Source of the DNA: Burkholderiales bacterium
Lineage (GTDB): Bacteria > Pseudomonadota > Gammaproteobacteria > Burkholderiales > Usitatibacteraceae
Length of the DNA: 39,918 nt
Direction: 5' to 3'
Assembly: GCA_025936275.1 (NCBI GenBank)
Contig: JAICTR010000001.1
Location: forward strand, 1 to 39,918
Part shown: one piece after another, positions 20,093-28,838 of the stretch
Position numbering within the stretch: the stretch's first letter is position 1
How the letters are laid out: every line of letters begins with the position of its first letter
Made by a program: the position numbers and the translations under genes
Notes under the pieces: model-generated
What the model saw: only the letters and a program-made list of their open reading frames with translations
The model's database searches: none
Told to the model about the DNA's origin: nothing

Positions 20093-20300
20093 GCCGTACC
20101 TGCTGCTGAAGGCGTGCGCCGCGCTCGGCATCGCGCCGCGCGAGCTGCTCTTCGTCGGCGATTCGTCGCTCGACGCCGTCGCCGCGCGCGCGGCCGGTTG
20201 TCCCGTCGTGCTGGTCGACTACGGCTACAACCGCGGCCGCCCGGCTTGCGACGCCGGGGCCGACGCCGTCATCGCAAGCCTGCTCGAGCTTGCGGCTTGA
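20093..20300 (+). repeat. Diverged direct copy of the gph 3' end (6921-7125)
   Basis: First 27 bp identical, ~80% overall by hand count; reads PYLLLKACAALGIAPRELLFVGDS...YGYNRG...LELAA*. Confidence 0.95.
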
Positions 20301-20321
20301 CGGTCTTCTCCGGGTTCCGCT

Positions 20322-20666
20322 TCAACGGCGCGGCTCGGCGCATGCAGAGCGCATGCGCCGCCCGAGCGCGAGGAAATACTGGAGGGCGCGCTGGTTCTCG
20401 GGATCGCGCAGCATCGCGAGGAGCGCCATGAGCCCGCCGCCGGGCGCGGGCGCGCCTTGCACGTCCTTCTGCGCCTGCGCCATGCAGGCGACGAGCTCCT
20501 CGATTCGCCGCAGCGTGCCGCTCGCGTTCAGCCGGTCGAGCGCGAGCGTCACGTCGGAGGCGAGCGCCGCGAGGCGCGTCACCATGTCGTCGGTCGCCGC
20601 ATCCTGCATCGCGTGGAGCAGGCCCTCGAGTTGCGCGGAAGGGGATGGCACGGAAGTATCGTTCAT
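20322..20666 (-). CDS. DUF1641-like small helical protein
   Basis: C-terminal GGGLMALLAMLRDPENQRALQYFLALGRRM; GGAGG RBS before ATG 20666; last gene of the SQR operon. Confidence 0.7.
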   Translation of the reverse strand: MNDTSVPSPSAQLEGLLHAMQDAATDDMVTRLAALASDVTLALDRLNASGTLRRIEELVACMAQAQKDVQGAPAPGGGLMALLAMLRDPENQRALQYFLALGRRMRSACAEPRR

Positions 20667-20674
20667 GGCGCCTC

Positions 20675-21808
20675 CTAGAGCAGGCCGCGGGCCGAGGCCC
20701 AGTAGAGCTGGTTGTACGCGAGCTTGAACCAGTGGATCGCACGCGTGGGCTCGCGCGGATCGGGCGGCTGCGTGTACGTGAACATGGCGTAGGTCGCGCG
20801 GTCGCTTCCCGCCTCGATGAAGCAGAACACCTTGCCGTCGTAGCGGCGCACCGGAGCGCCGCGGCGCGCGATCGCCGCGAGGTTCTCGCCGATCACCTCG
20901 GCCTCGAAGTGCGCGGTCGAGCCCGCCTTGCTGATCGGGAGGTTGGTGGTGTCGCCGAGCACGAAGACGTTCTCGCGACCCTGCATCTTGAGGCTCTCGC
21001 GGTCGGTCGGGATCCAGCCGTTCTGCCCGAGCTTGTTCTCCTCGATCACCGCCATGCCCTTGTGCGCCGGGATGGAGACCAGCAGGTCGTAGCTCGTCTC
21101 GCCGCCTTCCTCGCTCTTCAGCACCTTGCGCGCGCCGTCGACTTCCTTCAGGTTGAAGAACGTCTCGTAGGTGATGCCGCGGCGCTCCATCTCGGGCGTC
21201 GCCCACTTGGCCACGTTCTCGAGCGAGTGCGTGCGGCCGATCGGGTACGTGTAGTGGAGCTCGACCTTGTCGCGCATGCCGCGCTCGCGGAACCAGTCGT
21301 CGAGCATGAACGTGATCTCGAGCGGCGCCATCGGGCATTTGTGCGGCACACCAACCGCGACGACCACCTTGCCGCCCTGGAATTCGCGCAGGCGGCCGAG
21401 CATCTTCACCGCGGTCTCCTCGGTGTAGAAGAACTCCGCGTTCTCCGCGAGCCCGGGGATGCTCTCGGGCCAGATACGCGAGCCGGTGGCGATGGCGAGA
21501 AAGTCGTAGCCGACCGTTCGGCCGCCGCGCGTCTTCACCTGGTTCGTATCGAGATCGAACTCGGTCACCGGATCCACCGAGAACGCGATGCCCGGCTCGA
21601 GGAGGCTCGCCTGGTCGCGGTAGAGCTCGGCGGGGGCCATGCGCCCGAGCGCGACGTAGAGCAGGCCCGGCAGGTAGGCGTGCTTGTCCGACGCGGAGAG
21701 CATCTCGACCTGCACCGTGCCGGCCTTAATCTCGGCCTTCAGCCGCCGGGCCAGGTTGTTCGCGAGGATGGTGCCGCCCATGCCGCCGCCGACGATGAGG
21801 ATCTTCAT
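20675..21808 (-). CDS. sqr: Sulfide:quinone oxidoreductase-like FAD-dependent oxidoreductase
   Basis: KILIVGGGMGG, YDFLAIATGS, HKCPMAPLE, VFVLGD, SKAGSTAH, YDGKVFCFIE; TusA/DsrE context. Confidence 0.78.
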   Translation of the reverse strand: MKILIVGGGMGGTILANNLARRLKAEIKAGTVQVEMLSASDKHAYLPGLLYVALGRMAPAELYRDQASLLEPGIAFSVDPVTEFDLDTNQVKTRGGRTVGYDFLAIATGSRIWPESIPGLAENAEFFYTEETAVKMLGRLREFQGGKVVVAVGVPHKCPMAPLEITFMLDDWFRERGMRDKVELHYTYPIGRTHSLENVAKWATPEMERRGITYETFFNLKEVDGARKVLKSEEGGETSYDLLVSIPAHKGMAVIEENKLGQNGWIPTDRESLKMQGRENVFVLGDTTNLPISKAGSTAHFEAEVIGENLAAIARRGAPVRRYDGKVFCFIEAGSDRATYAMFTYTQPPDPREPTRAIHWFKLAYNQLYWASARGLL

Positions 21809-21833
21809 GTGCCTCCTTCGCGTTGCGCTTCGT

Positions 21834-22064
21834 TCAGCGCGCGCGGCGCACGCGGATGTGCCACACGCCGCCCTCTTCGGATGTGCCGAGATGCTCGTGC
21901 CCGGCCTTCTTCAGCCACTGCGGGATTTCCGAGGCCGATCCGCGATCGCTCGACAGCACCTCGAGCTCGTCGCCCACCGGCACCATCTTCATCGCGGCGA
22001 TGAGCTCCATCAGCGGCCCCGGGCAGAAGCTGCCGCGCGCGTCGATGAGCTTGCGGTCGGCCAA
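21834..22064 (-). CDS. tusA: TusA family sulfur carrier
   Basis: IDARGSFCPGPLM motif, GDELEVLSSD; GGAG RBS, TTG start. Confidence 0.88.
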   Translation of the reverse strand: MADRKLIDARGSFCPGPLMELIAAMKMVPVGDELEVLSSDRGSASEIPQWLKKAGHEHLGTSEEGGVWHIRVRRAR

Positions 22065-22082
22065 TCGGATCTCCGTCGCCGG

Positions 22083-22475
22083 TCAGAAGGAAAGGAGCTG
22101 CCCGCCCGCCGCCTCGTCGAGGAACTGCATGAGGCCCATCGGCTCGCCGAGGTTCGCATCGAGGTCGTCGCGCGCGAGCCCGAGAACGTCCATCGCCATG
22201 GAGCAGGGATGGATGCGCGCGCCGCCGAGCTCGATCGCATGGGCGAAGAGCGCCTGGAAATCGGTCACGTGCTTCTCCTCGAGAATTTCGCCGGCGCGTC
22301 CCTGCGCCGGCGCGCGCGGGCGCGCCTCCCTCACGAAATGGCGCAGCGCGTTCATCGCGACGAGCACCAGCACCGGCCGCCCGCTCACCGCGGCGACGGA
22401 GGCGATCATCGCCGCCATCTGCAGCGGCTCGCGCGCGTCCGAGACGCAGACGATGCCGAGCTTCGTGGAATCCAT
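22083..22475 (-). CDS. DsrE/DsrF/DsrH-like (DsrE2-type) sulfur-transfer protein
   Basis: AAMIASVAAVSG...VLVAMNAL, GARIHPCSMAMDVLG, MGLMQFLDEA. Confidence 0.78.
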   Translation of the reverse strand: MDSTKLGIVCVSDAREPLQMAAMIASVAAVSGRPVLVLVAMNALRHFVREARPRAPAQGRAGEILEEKHVTDFQALFAHAIELGGARIHPCSMAMDVLGLARDDLDANLGEPMGLMQFLDEAAGGQLLSF

Positions 22476-22599
22476 GCTTCGATGCTACGCGGATTGGGGA
22501 AAGGCGATGCGAGGCACGGCTTGCGGCGCAAACCTCCAGCGTGGCGCGCGCGGCTTAACGCGGGCTTAAATCGCGCGCCGCCGGCCAAAAAATTCGTCC

Positions 22600-22627
22600 G
22601 GAACTCGCTTCGCCGCGCTTCGTCCCA
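22600..22627 (+). promoter_or_regulatory. Candidate RpoE/ECF-sigma promoter for the SPW gene
   Basis: GGAACT (22600-22605), N16, GTCCCA (22622-22627), with an A-tract upstream. Confidence 0.45.
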
Positions 22628-22656
22628 AAAACACATGGAACGATCGGAGGTTTGCC

Positions 22657-23016
22657 ATGGGCACGAAACGTTGGCAGGACTGGGTGATGCTGATCTTCGG
22701 CATCTGGCTCTTCGTCGCGCCGTTCTGGATGGGCGGCTACGAATCGACGGGGAGCGTGGCGGCGCGCAACTCCTACATCCTCGGGATCCTGGTGTTCGCG
22801 TTCGGCTGGGCGGCGCTCGCCACCGCGCGGCGCTGGGAAGAGTGGGTCGAGCTGGTGCTGGGGATCTGGCTCATCATCTCGCCGTTCGTCCTCGGCTTCT
22901 GGGGGACGGAGCACGGCGCGGGATGGAACCAGCTGATCCTCGGCATCCTCATCGGGCTGGATGCGATCTGGGCGCTCTCCGCCGCACGGCCGTCGTTGCC
23001 GGCCGCGGCGGCGTGA
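22657..23016 (+). CDS. SPW-repeat membrane protein
   Basis: Twofold repeat WQDWV.LIFGIWLFVAPFW / WEEWV.LVLGIWLIISPFV; GGAGG RBS. Confidence 0.85.
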   Translation: MGTKRWQDWVMLIFGIWLFVAPFWMGGYESTGSVAARNSYILGILVFAFGWAALATARRWEEWVELVLGIWLIISPFVLGFWGTEHGAGWNQLILGILIGLDAIWALSAARPSLPAAAA

Positions 23017-23018
23017 AC

Positions 23019-23060
23019 GTCATCCCCGCGAACGCGACCTGAACCCCGCGAACGCGGGGA
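23019..23060. repeat. REP-like GC hairpin / degenerate short repeat between convergent genes
   Basis: CCCCGCGAACGCG occurs twice (23024-23036, 23044-23056); the second forms hairpin CCCCGCG-AA-CGCGGGG; begins GTCATCCCCGCG. Confidence 0.5.
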
Positions 23061-23064
23061 CGGC

Positions 23065-23676
23065 TTACCAGCCGCCCTTGCGGACCCAATCCTCGAGCAT
23101 CGGGATGCGGTCCACGCCCCAGAACGGCTCGCCGTCCGCGATGAAGAATGGCGAGCCGAAGACGCCCGCCGCGATTGCGCCGTCCACTTCGGCTTTCACG
23201 CGCTCCTTGATGCGCGGATCCTCGATGGCGGCGCCGAGCGCCTTGGCATCGAGGCCCGCTTCCTGCGCCACCTGGAGCATGCCCGCCGCCTCGCCGATGT
23301 CGCGGTTCGCGGTGAAGTAGGCGCGATACAGGGCCATCGCGAGACGGCGCGCGGCGTCCGGATCCCGCTCGTCGAGCGCGTAGAAGGCGCGGCACGCCGC
23401 GACGGTCCCGATCGGAAAGCGGTCGGGATGCCGGTACTCCACCTGGTGCATGCGCGCGGTGCGCGAGAAATCGCGCTTCGCGTAATCGCCCTTCAACGGC
23501 ACGCTGGTGAGCGGCGCCTGCCCGGTGACCTTGAAGATCGGGCCGAGCAGGATCGGCCGCCAACGCAGCTTGCGATCGATCCTGCGCTCGAGCGGCTCCG
23601 CGACCTGCGAGGCGATGTAGCCGTAGGGCGAGGAGAACTCGAAGTAGAAATCGATCGGGTTGTCGTGGCTCATCAT
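23065..23676 (-). CDS. 2-hydroxychromene-2-carboxylate isomerase / DsbA-like (GST-kappa) protein
   Basis: [37 protein letters not shown]. Confidence 0.88.
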   Translation of the reverse strand: MMSHDNPIDFYFEFSSPYGYIASQVAEPLERRIDRKLRWRPILLGPIFKVTGQAPLTSVPLKGDYAKRDFSRTARMHQVEYRHPDRFPIGTVAACRAFYALDERDPDAARRLAMALYRAYFTANRDIGEAAGMLQVAQEAGLDAKALGAAIEDPRIKERVKAEVDGAIAAGVFGSPFFIADGEPFWGVDRIPMLEDWVRKGGW

Positions 23677-26483
23677 GGATTGGGCGGTGTCTCGCCGGGT
23701 TGCGTCTCGACGAGCTGCAGCGGGCCGGTGTCGGTGGGCGCGTTGCGGCGGCGACGTGGGCGCGTGCGGCGCGGCAAATCGTCTTCTTCCAGGGTGGATG
23801 CGGGCGGGACCTCGGCCTGCGTTTCCACGAGTTGCAACGGGGTTTGCACCGGCGCGGACCCGGATTCGCCGGCACGGTTGCGACGCTGCCGGCGGTGATG
23901 CGGCGCGGTCTCCTGGTTGTCCTCGTGCTCGCTCACCGCATGGAATTCCACGTGCGGAAGCACCGGTGCACGCGGCGGCTCGGCCGCAGCCGCGGACGCC
24001 CGGACCGGTTCCTCGCGCTGCATGGCTTCCTCGCGGCGCGGCTCTTCACGGCGCGTTTCTTCGCGATGCGATTCTTCACGACGCGGCTCTTCGTCGCGAG
24101 CGTGCTCGCGGGGCATCGCGTCTTGCGGATGCGAAGCCTCCGAGGCGAGGGTGGTCGCTTCGTTCTGCTGCGACGCGACGCCCTCGCGCGGCGGACGATC
24201 GCCGCGTTCCCCGCTACGGCCGCGTCCACGACGACGGCGGCGACCCGCGCTCGTTCCTTCGCCCGCATCCGCGGCGGCCGGCGCGCCAATGGCGGGCGCG
24301 CCTTCGTTGCGCACCGTCGATTCACCGTTCTCGGCGCGCGGCGCTTCGCCGCGCGGCGCGCGCGGCCCCTGCCGTGGCTCGCGCGGTTCCCTCGGCTCCC
24401 GTTGCTCGCGCGGCTCGCGGGCTTCGCGCGCTTCACGCTGCTCGCGCGGTTCACGCTGCTCGCGCGCTTCACGCGGCTCCCGCTGCTCACGCGGCTCGCG
24501 TCCTTCGCGCTCCCCGCGCGGCTGGCCTTCGGGACGTCGCTCCTGGCGGCCTTCGCCGCGCCGCGCTTCACCGCGTCCCTCGCCGCGTCGCTCCTCGGTG
24601 CGCCGGCCTTCGCCGCGCCGTCCTCGTTCCCCGCGCTCGCCGCGGCCGCGCTCGTGGCCACGGCCGGGCTTCTTCTCTTCGAGTGCCGGCGTCGGAGCCG
24701 CTGCACGCGGCGCGGGTGCTTCGACGGGTTCGGCGGGCTTGCGCAGCCAACCGAACAGCATGTCGAGGATGCCGTGCTTCTCCTCGTGCGCGGCGCCGGC
24801 CGCGGCGGCGATCGGCGCTTGCGGCGCGGGCCGCGGCGAGACGATCGGCTGCTCGATCGCCATCGGCGCCGGCTGCGCGGGACGGATTCCCTTCACCAGC
24901 GGCTCGGGCCGCGCGGCGCGCACCTCGGGCGCCTTCGTCGGCATGCCTACCGCCTCCTCGTCGGGCACGGTGACCAGCTCGTAGCTCGGCGTCTGTGCGT
25001 CGAGCTGCGGCGAATCGTGGCGCAGCCGCTCGACGTGGTAGTTCGGCGTCTGCAGGCCCGGGTTCGGGATCAGCAGCACGTGCACCTTGAGGCGCGCCTC
25101 GATCGCGAAGATCTCCGAGCGCTTCTCGTTGAGGAGGTAGGTCGCGACGTCCACCGGAACCTGCGCGTGGATCGCGGCCGTGTTCTCCTTCATCGCCTCT
25201 TCCTGCAGGATGCGCAGCACGTGCAGCGCCGTGGAGGCGGTGTCGCGGATGTAGCCGGTGCCGTGGCAGCGCGGGCAGGGCGAATGGGTGGTCTCTTCGA
25301 GCGAGGGCTGCAGGCGCTGGCGCGAGAGCTCGAGGAGCCCGAAGCGCGAGATCTTGCCGATCTGCACGCGCGCGCGGTCGTGGCGCAGGGCGTCGCGCAG
25401 GCGGTTCTCCACCTCGCGCTGGTTCTTCGCGCTCTCCATGTCGATGAAATCGATCACGATGAGGCCGCCCAGGTCCCGCAGGCGCAGCTGCCGTGCGACT
25501 TCATCCGCCGCCTCGAGGTTGGTGTTGAACGCGGTCTGCTCGATGTCGTGGCCGCGCGTCGCGCGCGCGCTGTTCACGTCGATCGCGACCAGCGCCTCGG
25601 TGTGGTCGATCACGATCGCGCCGCCCGAAGGCAGCGTCACATCCCGGCGATAGGCGCTCTCGATCTGGTGCTCGATCTGGAAGCGCGAGAAGAGCGGGAT
25701 GTCGTCCTTGTACATCTTGACCTTGTTCACGTTGCCCGGCATCACCGTGCTCATGAACGAGTAGGCCTGGTCGTAGATCGCCTGGGTGTCGACGAGGATC
25801 TCGCCGATGTCGGGCTGGAAGAGGTCGCGGATGGCGCGCACCACGAGGCTCGACTCGAGGTAGATGAGGCAGGGGCCCTTCTCCTCCTCGGCGGCTTTTT
25901 CGATCGCGTTCCAGAGCTGCAGGAGGTAGTTGAGGTCCCACTGCAGCTCTTCCACGCTGCGCCCGATGCCGGCGGTGCGCGCGATGAGGCTCATGCCCTC
26001 GGGCACCTGCAGCTGGTCCATCACCTCGCGCAGCTCGTTCCGGTCCTCGCCCTCGATCCGTCGCGAGACGCCCCCGCCGCGCGGGTTGTTGGGCATGAGG
26101 ACCAGGTAGCGGCCGGCGAGCGAGATGTAGGTGGTCAACGCCGCGCCCTTGTTGCCGCGCTCGTCCTTGTCCACCTGGACGATCATCTCGTGTCCCACCT
26201 TGAGGTGGGTGGCCATCTTGGAGCGGCCGAATTCCCCGGCGTCGCCCACCATGTACTGCTTGGCGATCTCCTTGAAGGGGAGGAAGCCGTGGCGCTCGGC
26301 GCCGTAATCGACGAACACCGCCTCGAGCGAGGGCTCGACGCGCGTGATCACGCCTTTATAGATGTTGCTCTTGCGTTGTTCCTTGCCGGTGGTCTCGATG
26401 TCGAGGTCGACGAGCTTCTGGCCATCGACGATCGCAACCCGCAGCTCCTCGGCCTGGGTCGCATTGAAAAGCATGCGCTTCAT
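23673..26483 (-). CDS. rne: Ribonuclease E
   Basis: [54 protein letters not shown], amphipathic [11 protein letters not shown], Arg/Glu-rich disordered C-terminus. Start reassigned to ATG 26483. Confidence 0.97.
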   Translation of the reverse strand: MKRMLFNATQAEELRVAIVDGQKLVDLDIETTGKEQRKSNIYKGVITRVEPSLEAVFVDYGAERHGFLPFKEIAKQYMVGDAGEFGRSKMATHLKVGHEMIVQVDKDERGNKGAALTTYISLAGRYLVLMPNNPRGGGVSRRIEGEDRNELREVMDQLQVPEGMSLIARTAGIGRSVEELQWDLNYLLQLWNAIEKAAEEEKGPCLIYLESSLVVRAIRDLFQPDIGEILVDTQAIYDQAYSFMSTVMPGNVNKVKMYKDDIPLFSRFQIEHQIESAYRRDVTLPSGGAIVIDHTEALVAIDVNSARATRGHDIEQTAFNTNLEAADEVARQLRLRDLGGLIVIDFIDMESAKNQREVENRLRDALRHDRARVQIGKISRFGLLELSRQRLQPSLEETTHSPCPRCHGTGYIRDTASTALHVLRILQEEAMKENTAAIHAQVPVDVATYLLNEKRSEIFAIEARLKVHVLLIPNPGLQTPNYHVERLRHDSPQLDAQTPSYELVTVPDEEAVGMPTKAPEVRAARPEPLVKGIRPAQPAPMAIEQPIVSPRPAPQAPIAAAAGAAHEEKHGILDMLFGWLRKPAEPVEAPAPRAAAPTPALEEKKPGRGHERGRGERGERGRRGEGRRTEERRGEGRGEARRGEGRQERRPEGQPRGEREGREPREQREPREAREQREPREQREAREAREPREQREPREPREPRQGPRAPRGEAPRAENGESTVRNEGAPAIGAPAAADAGEGTSAGRRRRRGRGRSGERGDRPPREGVASQQNEATTLASEASHPQDAMPREHARDEEPRREESHREETRREEPRREEAMQREEPVRASAAAAEPPRAPVLPHVEFHAVSEHEDNQETAPHHRRQRRNRAGESGSAPVQTPLQLVETQAEVPPASTLEEDDLPRRTRPRRRRNAPTDTGPLQLVETQPGETPPNP

Positions 26484-26856
26484 GTTGGCATTCTCTCCCG
26501 CGCTCGAAACACGGAAGAGGGCCGGGAAGCCGCCGCGAGGCCCGCAAAGGGGCAAGCGTCGGCCCGGCCCGGGCGACGAGACTTCAGAAGTCGATTCTTG
26601 GTGGCGTCACGGGAGTCGTGAGCGGAGAAGGGACGATTTCTGGTGTTCTTCGTCTGGCTCCTGCGGGCACGGGGCGCGCAGGGGCGTGGAATGTGGTGCG
26701 TCGAGCGCGTGTGATTCGTTTACCATCGCTGCTTGGTCTCGCAGGCGAGCGACGTTGGCCTGCCCGGGCGCCGCATCGCGGACACCCTCCTTGCGAAGCC
26801 GACCTCCTGCGGCGCCTCGTAGGCTCCGGCTTGGAAATCAACTAGATAACAGTATA
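26484..26856 (-). promoter_or_regulatory. rne promoter and ~360-nt 5' leader
   Basis: Minus-strand TATACT at 26856-26851 in the only AT-rich patch; no convincing protein-coding ORF between it and the rne ATG. Confidence 0.5.
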
Positions 26857-26863
26857 TACGCGG

Positions 26864-27826
26864 ATGGCGACCGAAGGCAAAGCGGCGCACGGCGCCGCCC
26901 CGGCGGTGCGCTGGATCGACGTGGGCGAGGGAGAAGCCGGGCAGCGCATCGACAACTACCTCATCGCGCGCCTGAAGGGCGTTCCCAAGAGCCGCATCTA
27001 CCGCATCCTTCGCAGCGGCGAGGTGCGGCTGAACAGCCGCCGCGTCGCCGCTTCCGATCGCGTGGCCGCGGGCGATCGCATCCGCATCCCGCCGCTGCGC
27101 CTCGCCGAGCGCGAATCGACGATCCCCGCGCCGCACTTCCGCCTGCCGATCCTCTTCGAGGACGAGGCGCTCCTCGCGATCGACAAGCCCTCGGGCATCG
27201 CGGTCCATGGCGGCAGCGGCATCGCGCATGGCGTGATCGAGTCGCTGCGCTCGATGCGGCCCGACGCGCGCTTCCTCGAGCTCGTGCACCGGCTCGACCG
27301 CGAAACGTCCGGCGTGCTGCTGGTCGCGAAGAAGCGCGCCGCCCTCACCGCGCTGCACGAGATGATCCGCGAACGCGTGGTCGACAAGCGCTACCTCGTC
27401 GCGGTGCGCGGACGTTTCCGCAACGAGCGCCAGCGCGTGCGCCTCGCGCTCCTCGCAAGAGCGGCGGCCGAGGGAGGAAAGCGCGTCACCGTCTCCGAGA
27501 GCGGGCAGGCGGCCGAGACCGTCTTCCATCGCGTCTCGCGCGGAACCGAAGCGAGCCTTCTCGAAGCGGAGCTCCTCACCGGGCGCACGCACCAGATCCG
27601 CGTGCACCTCGCCCACCTCGGGCATCCGGTGCTGGGCGACGACCGCTACGGCGATTTCGAGCTCAACCGGCGGCTGCGCAAGGAAGGACTGAAGCGCATG
27701 TTCCTGCACGCCGCGTCGCTCGCCTTCGATCATCCGATCAGTGGAGAGCCGATGTCGCTGAGTGCGCCGCTTCCCGCCGAGCTCGCGCGCTTCCGCGATC
27801 GCTTCCTCGTCGAAGGCGCGCCATGA
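26864..27826 (+). CDS. rluC: 23S rRNA pseudouridine synthase RluC
   Basis: GQRIDNYL S4 domain, KPSGIAVHGGSG, VHRLDRETSG, TGRTHQIRVH; divergent from rne. Confidence 0.95.
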   Translation: MATEGKAAHGAAPAVRWIDVGEGEAGQRIDNYLIARLKGVPKSRIYRILRSGEVRLNSRRVAASDRVAAGDRIRIPPLRLAERESTIPAPHFRLPILFEDEALLAIDKPSGIAVHGGSGIAHGVIESLRSMRPDARFLELVHRLDRETSGVLLVAKKRAALTALHEMIRERVVDKRYLVAVRGRFRNERQRVRLALLARAAAEGGKRVTVSESGQAAETVFHRVSRGTEASLLEAELLTGRTHQIRVHLAHLGHPVLGDDRYGDFELNRRLRKEGLKRMFLHAASLAFDHPISGEPMSLSAPLPAELARFRDRFLVEGAP

Positions 27827-28476
27827 GCGGCTACGACCTGGTCGTCTTCGATTGGGACGGCACGCTGATGGATTCGACGCGCGTGATCGCGACGAGCCTG
27901 CAGGCGGCCTGCCGCGACATCGGCGCGCCGGAGCCGAGCGAGGCGGACGCGCTCTTCGTGATCGGCCTCAACATGGCCGACACCTTCCGGCGCGTGGCGC
28001 CGCAGCTCGACGCGGAAGGGCAGCGGCTGCTCGCCGAGCGCTACCGCCATCATTTCCTCGCGCGCGAGCACGAGTCGCCGCTCTACGCCGGCGTCCCGGA
28101 GATGCTCTCCGAGCTGCATGCGCGCGGCCGGCGCCTGGCGGTCGCAACGGGCAAGGCGCGGCGCGGCCTCGAGCGCGCGCTCGACGCGACCGGTCTCAGG
28201 CCCTGGTTCGAGGCGACGCGCTGCGCCGACGAGGGCTTCGCCAAGCCCCATCCCGGCATGCTGCTCATGCTCCTCGAGATGACCGGCGTCGAGCCGCGCC
28301 GTGCGCTGATGGTGGGCGACACGACGCACGACCTGGAGCTCGCCGCCAATGCGGGCATCGACGCGGTCGCCGTGTCGTACGGCGCGCATCCGGAAGACCT
28401 GCTCGCGACGCGCCCGGCCCTCGCGCGTTGCGCGAACGTCGAAGGCCTTCGCCGGTGGCTCGCCGGGAACGCGTGA
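27823..28476 (+). CDS. HAD-IA family hydrolase
   Basis: FDWDGTLMDS, ATGK, KPHPGML, MVGDT; ATGA overlap with rluC. Confidence 0.92.
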   Translation: MSGYDLVVFDWDGTLMDSTRVIATSLQAACRDIGAPEPSEADALFVIGLNMADTFRRVAPQLDAEGQRLLAERYRHHFLAREHESPLYAGVPEMLSELHARGRRLAVATGKARRGLERALDATGLRPWFEATRCADEGFAKPHPGMLLMLLEMTGVEPRRALMVGDTTHDLELAANAGIDAVAVSYGAHPEDLLATRPALARCANVEGLRRWLAGNA

Positions 28477-28838
28477 TCTGCGAATCGGCGGCGCTCGCCG
28501 ACGGCGGGCCCGGCGTGCGCTTCGCGCTCGGCGAGGAGCCGGATTCACCCGTGGGCTTCGTCGTGCGCTACCGCGGCACGGTGCATGCGTACGTGAATCG
28601 CTGCCCCCACATGGGCACCGAGCTCGACTGGCAACCGGGTGAGTTCTACGACGTGGCTGGGCTATACTTGGTCTGCGCCACGCACGGTGCTTTGTTCCAG
28701 CCGGCCACCGGTTCGTGCGTGGCGGGCCCGTGCCGCGGCGCATCCCTCCAAAGACTCGGCGCGCGCGAGGAAGGTGGCCGGGTCTTGCTACTCAACGAAG
28801 AAGCGGCAGCGGCCGGGCCGACGGAAGATACGCCATGA
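28455..28838 (+). CDS. Rieske [2Fe-2S] ferredoxin
   Basis: NRCPH...CATHGA.F motifs, GPC; GTG start at 28455 or 28473. Confidence 0.88.
   Translation: MARRERVICESAALADGGPGVRFALGEEPDSPVGFVVRYRGTVHAYVNRCPHMGTELDWQPGEFYDVAGLYLVCATHGALFQPATGSCVAGPCRGASLQRLGAREEGGRVLLLNEEAAAAGPTEDTP

Larger units (their letters stand above)
19776..20300 (+). pseudogene. Chimeric 174-codon ORF: DUF421 fragment + antisense gph 5' + gph 3' (pseudogene or nascent fusion)
   Basis: One open frame crosses both junctions; GTG start 10 nt after the crp2 stop; no clear RBS. Confidence 0.6.

Noticed and set aside
19766-20300. Diversity-generating retroelement TR/VR or simple assembly duplication as explanation for the repeats
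   Set aside because: Mismatches are mostly synonymous G/C changes, not adenine-specific, and no reverse transcriptase is present; 80-92% identity argues against the same locus being assembled twice.
24370-24510. Tandem 9-18 bp repeats
   Set aside because: They encode the REPREQ low-complexity tract of the RNase E disordered region; not CRISPR or a non-coding repeat.
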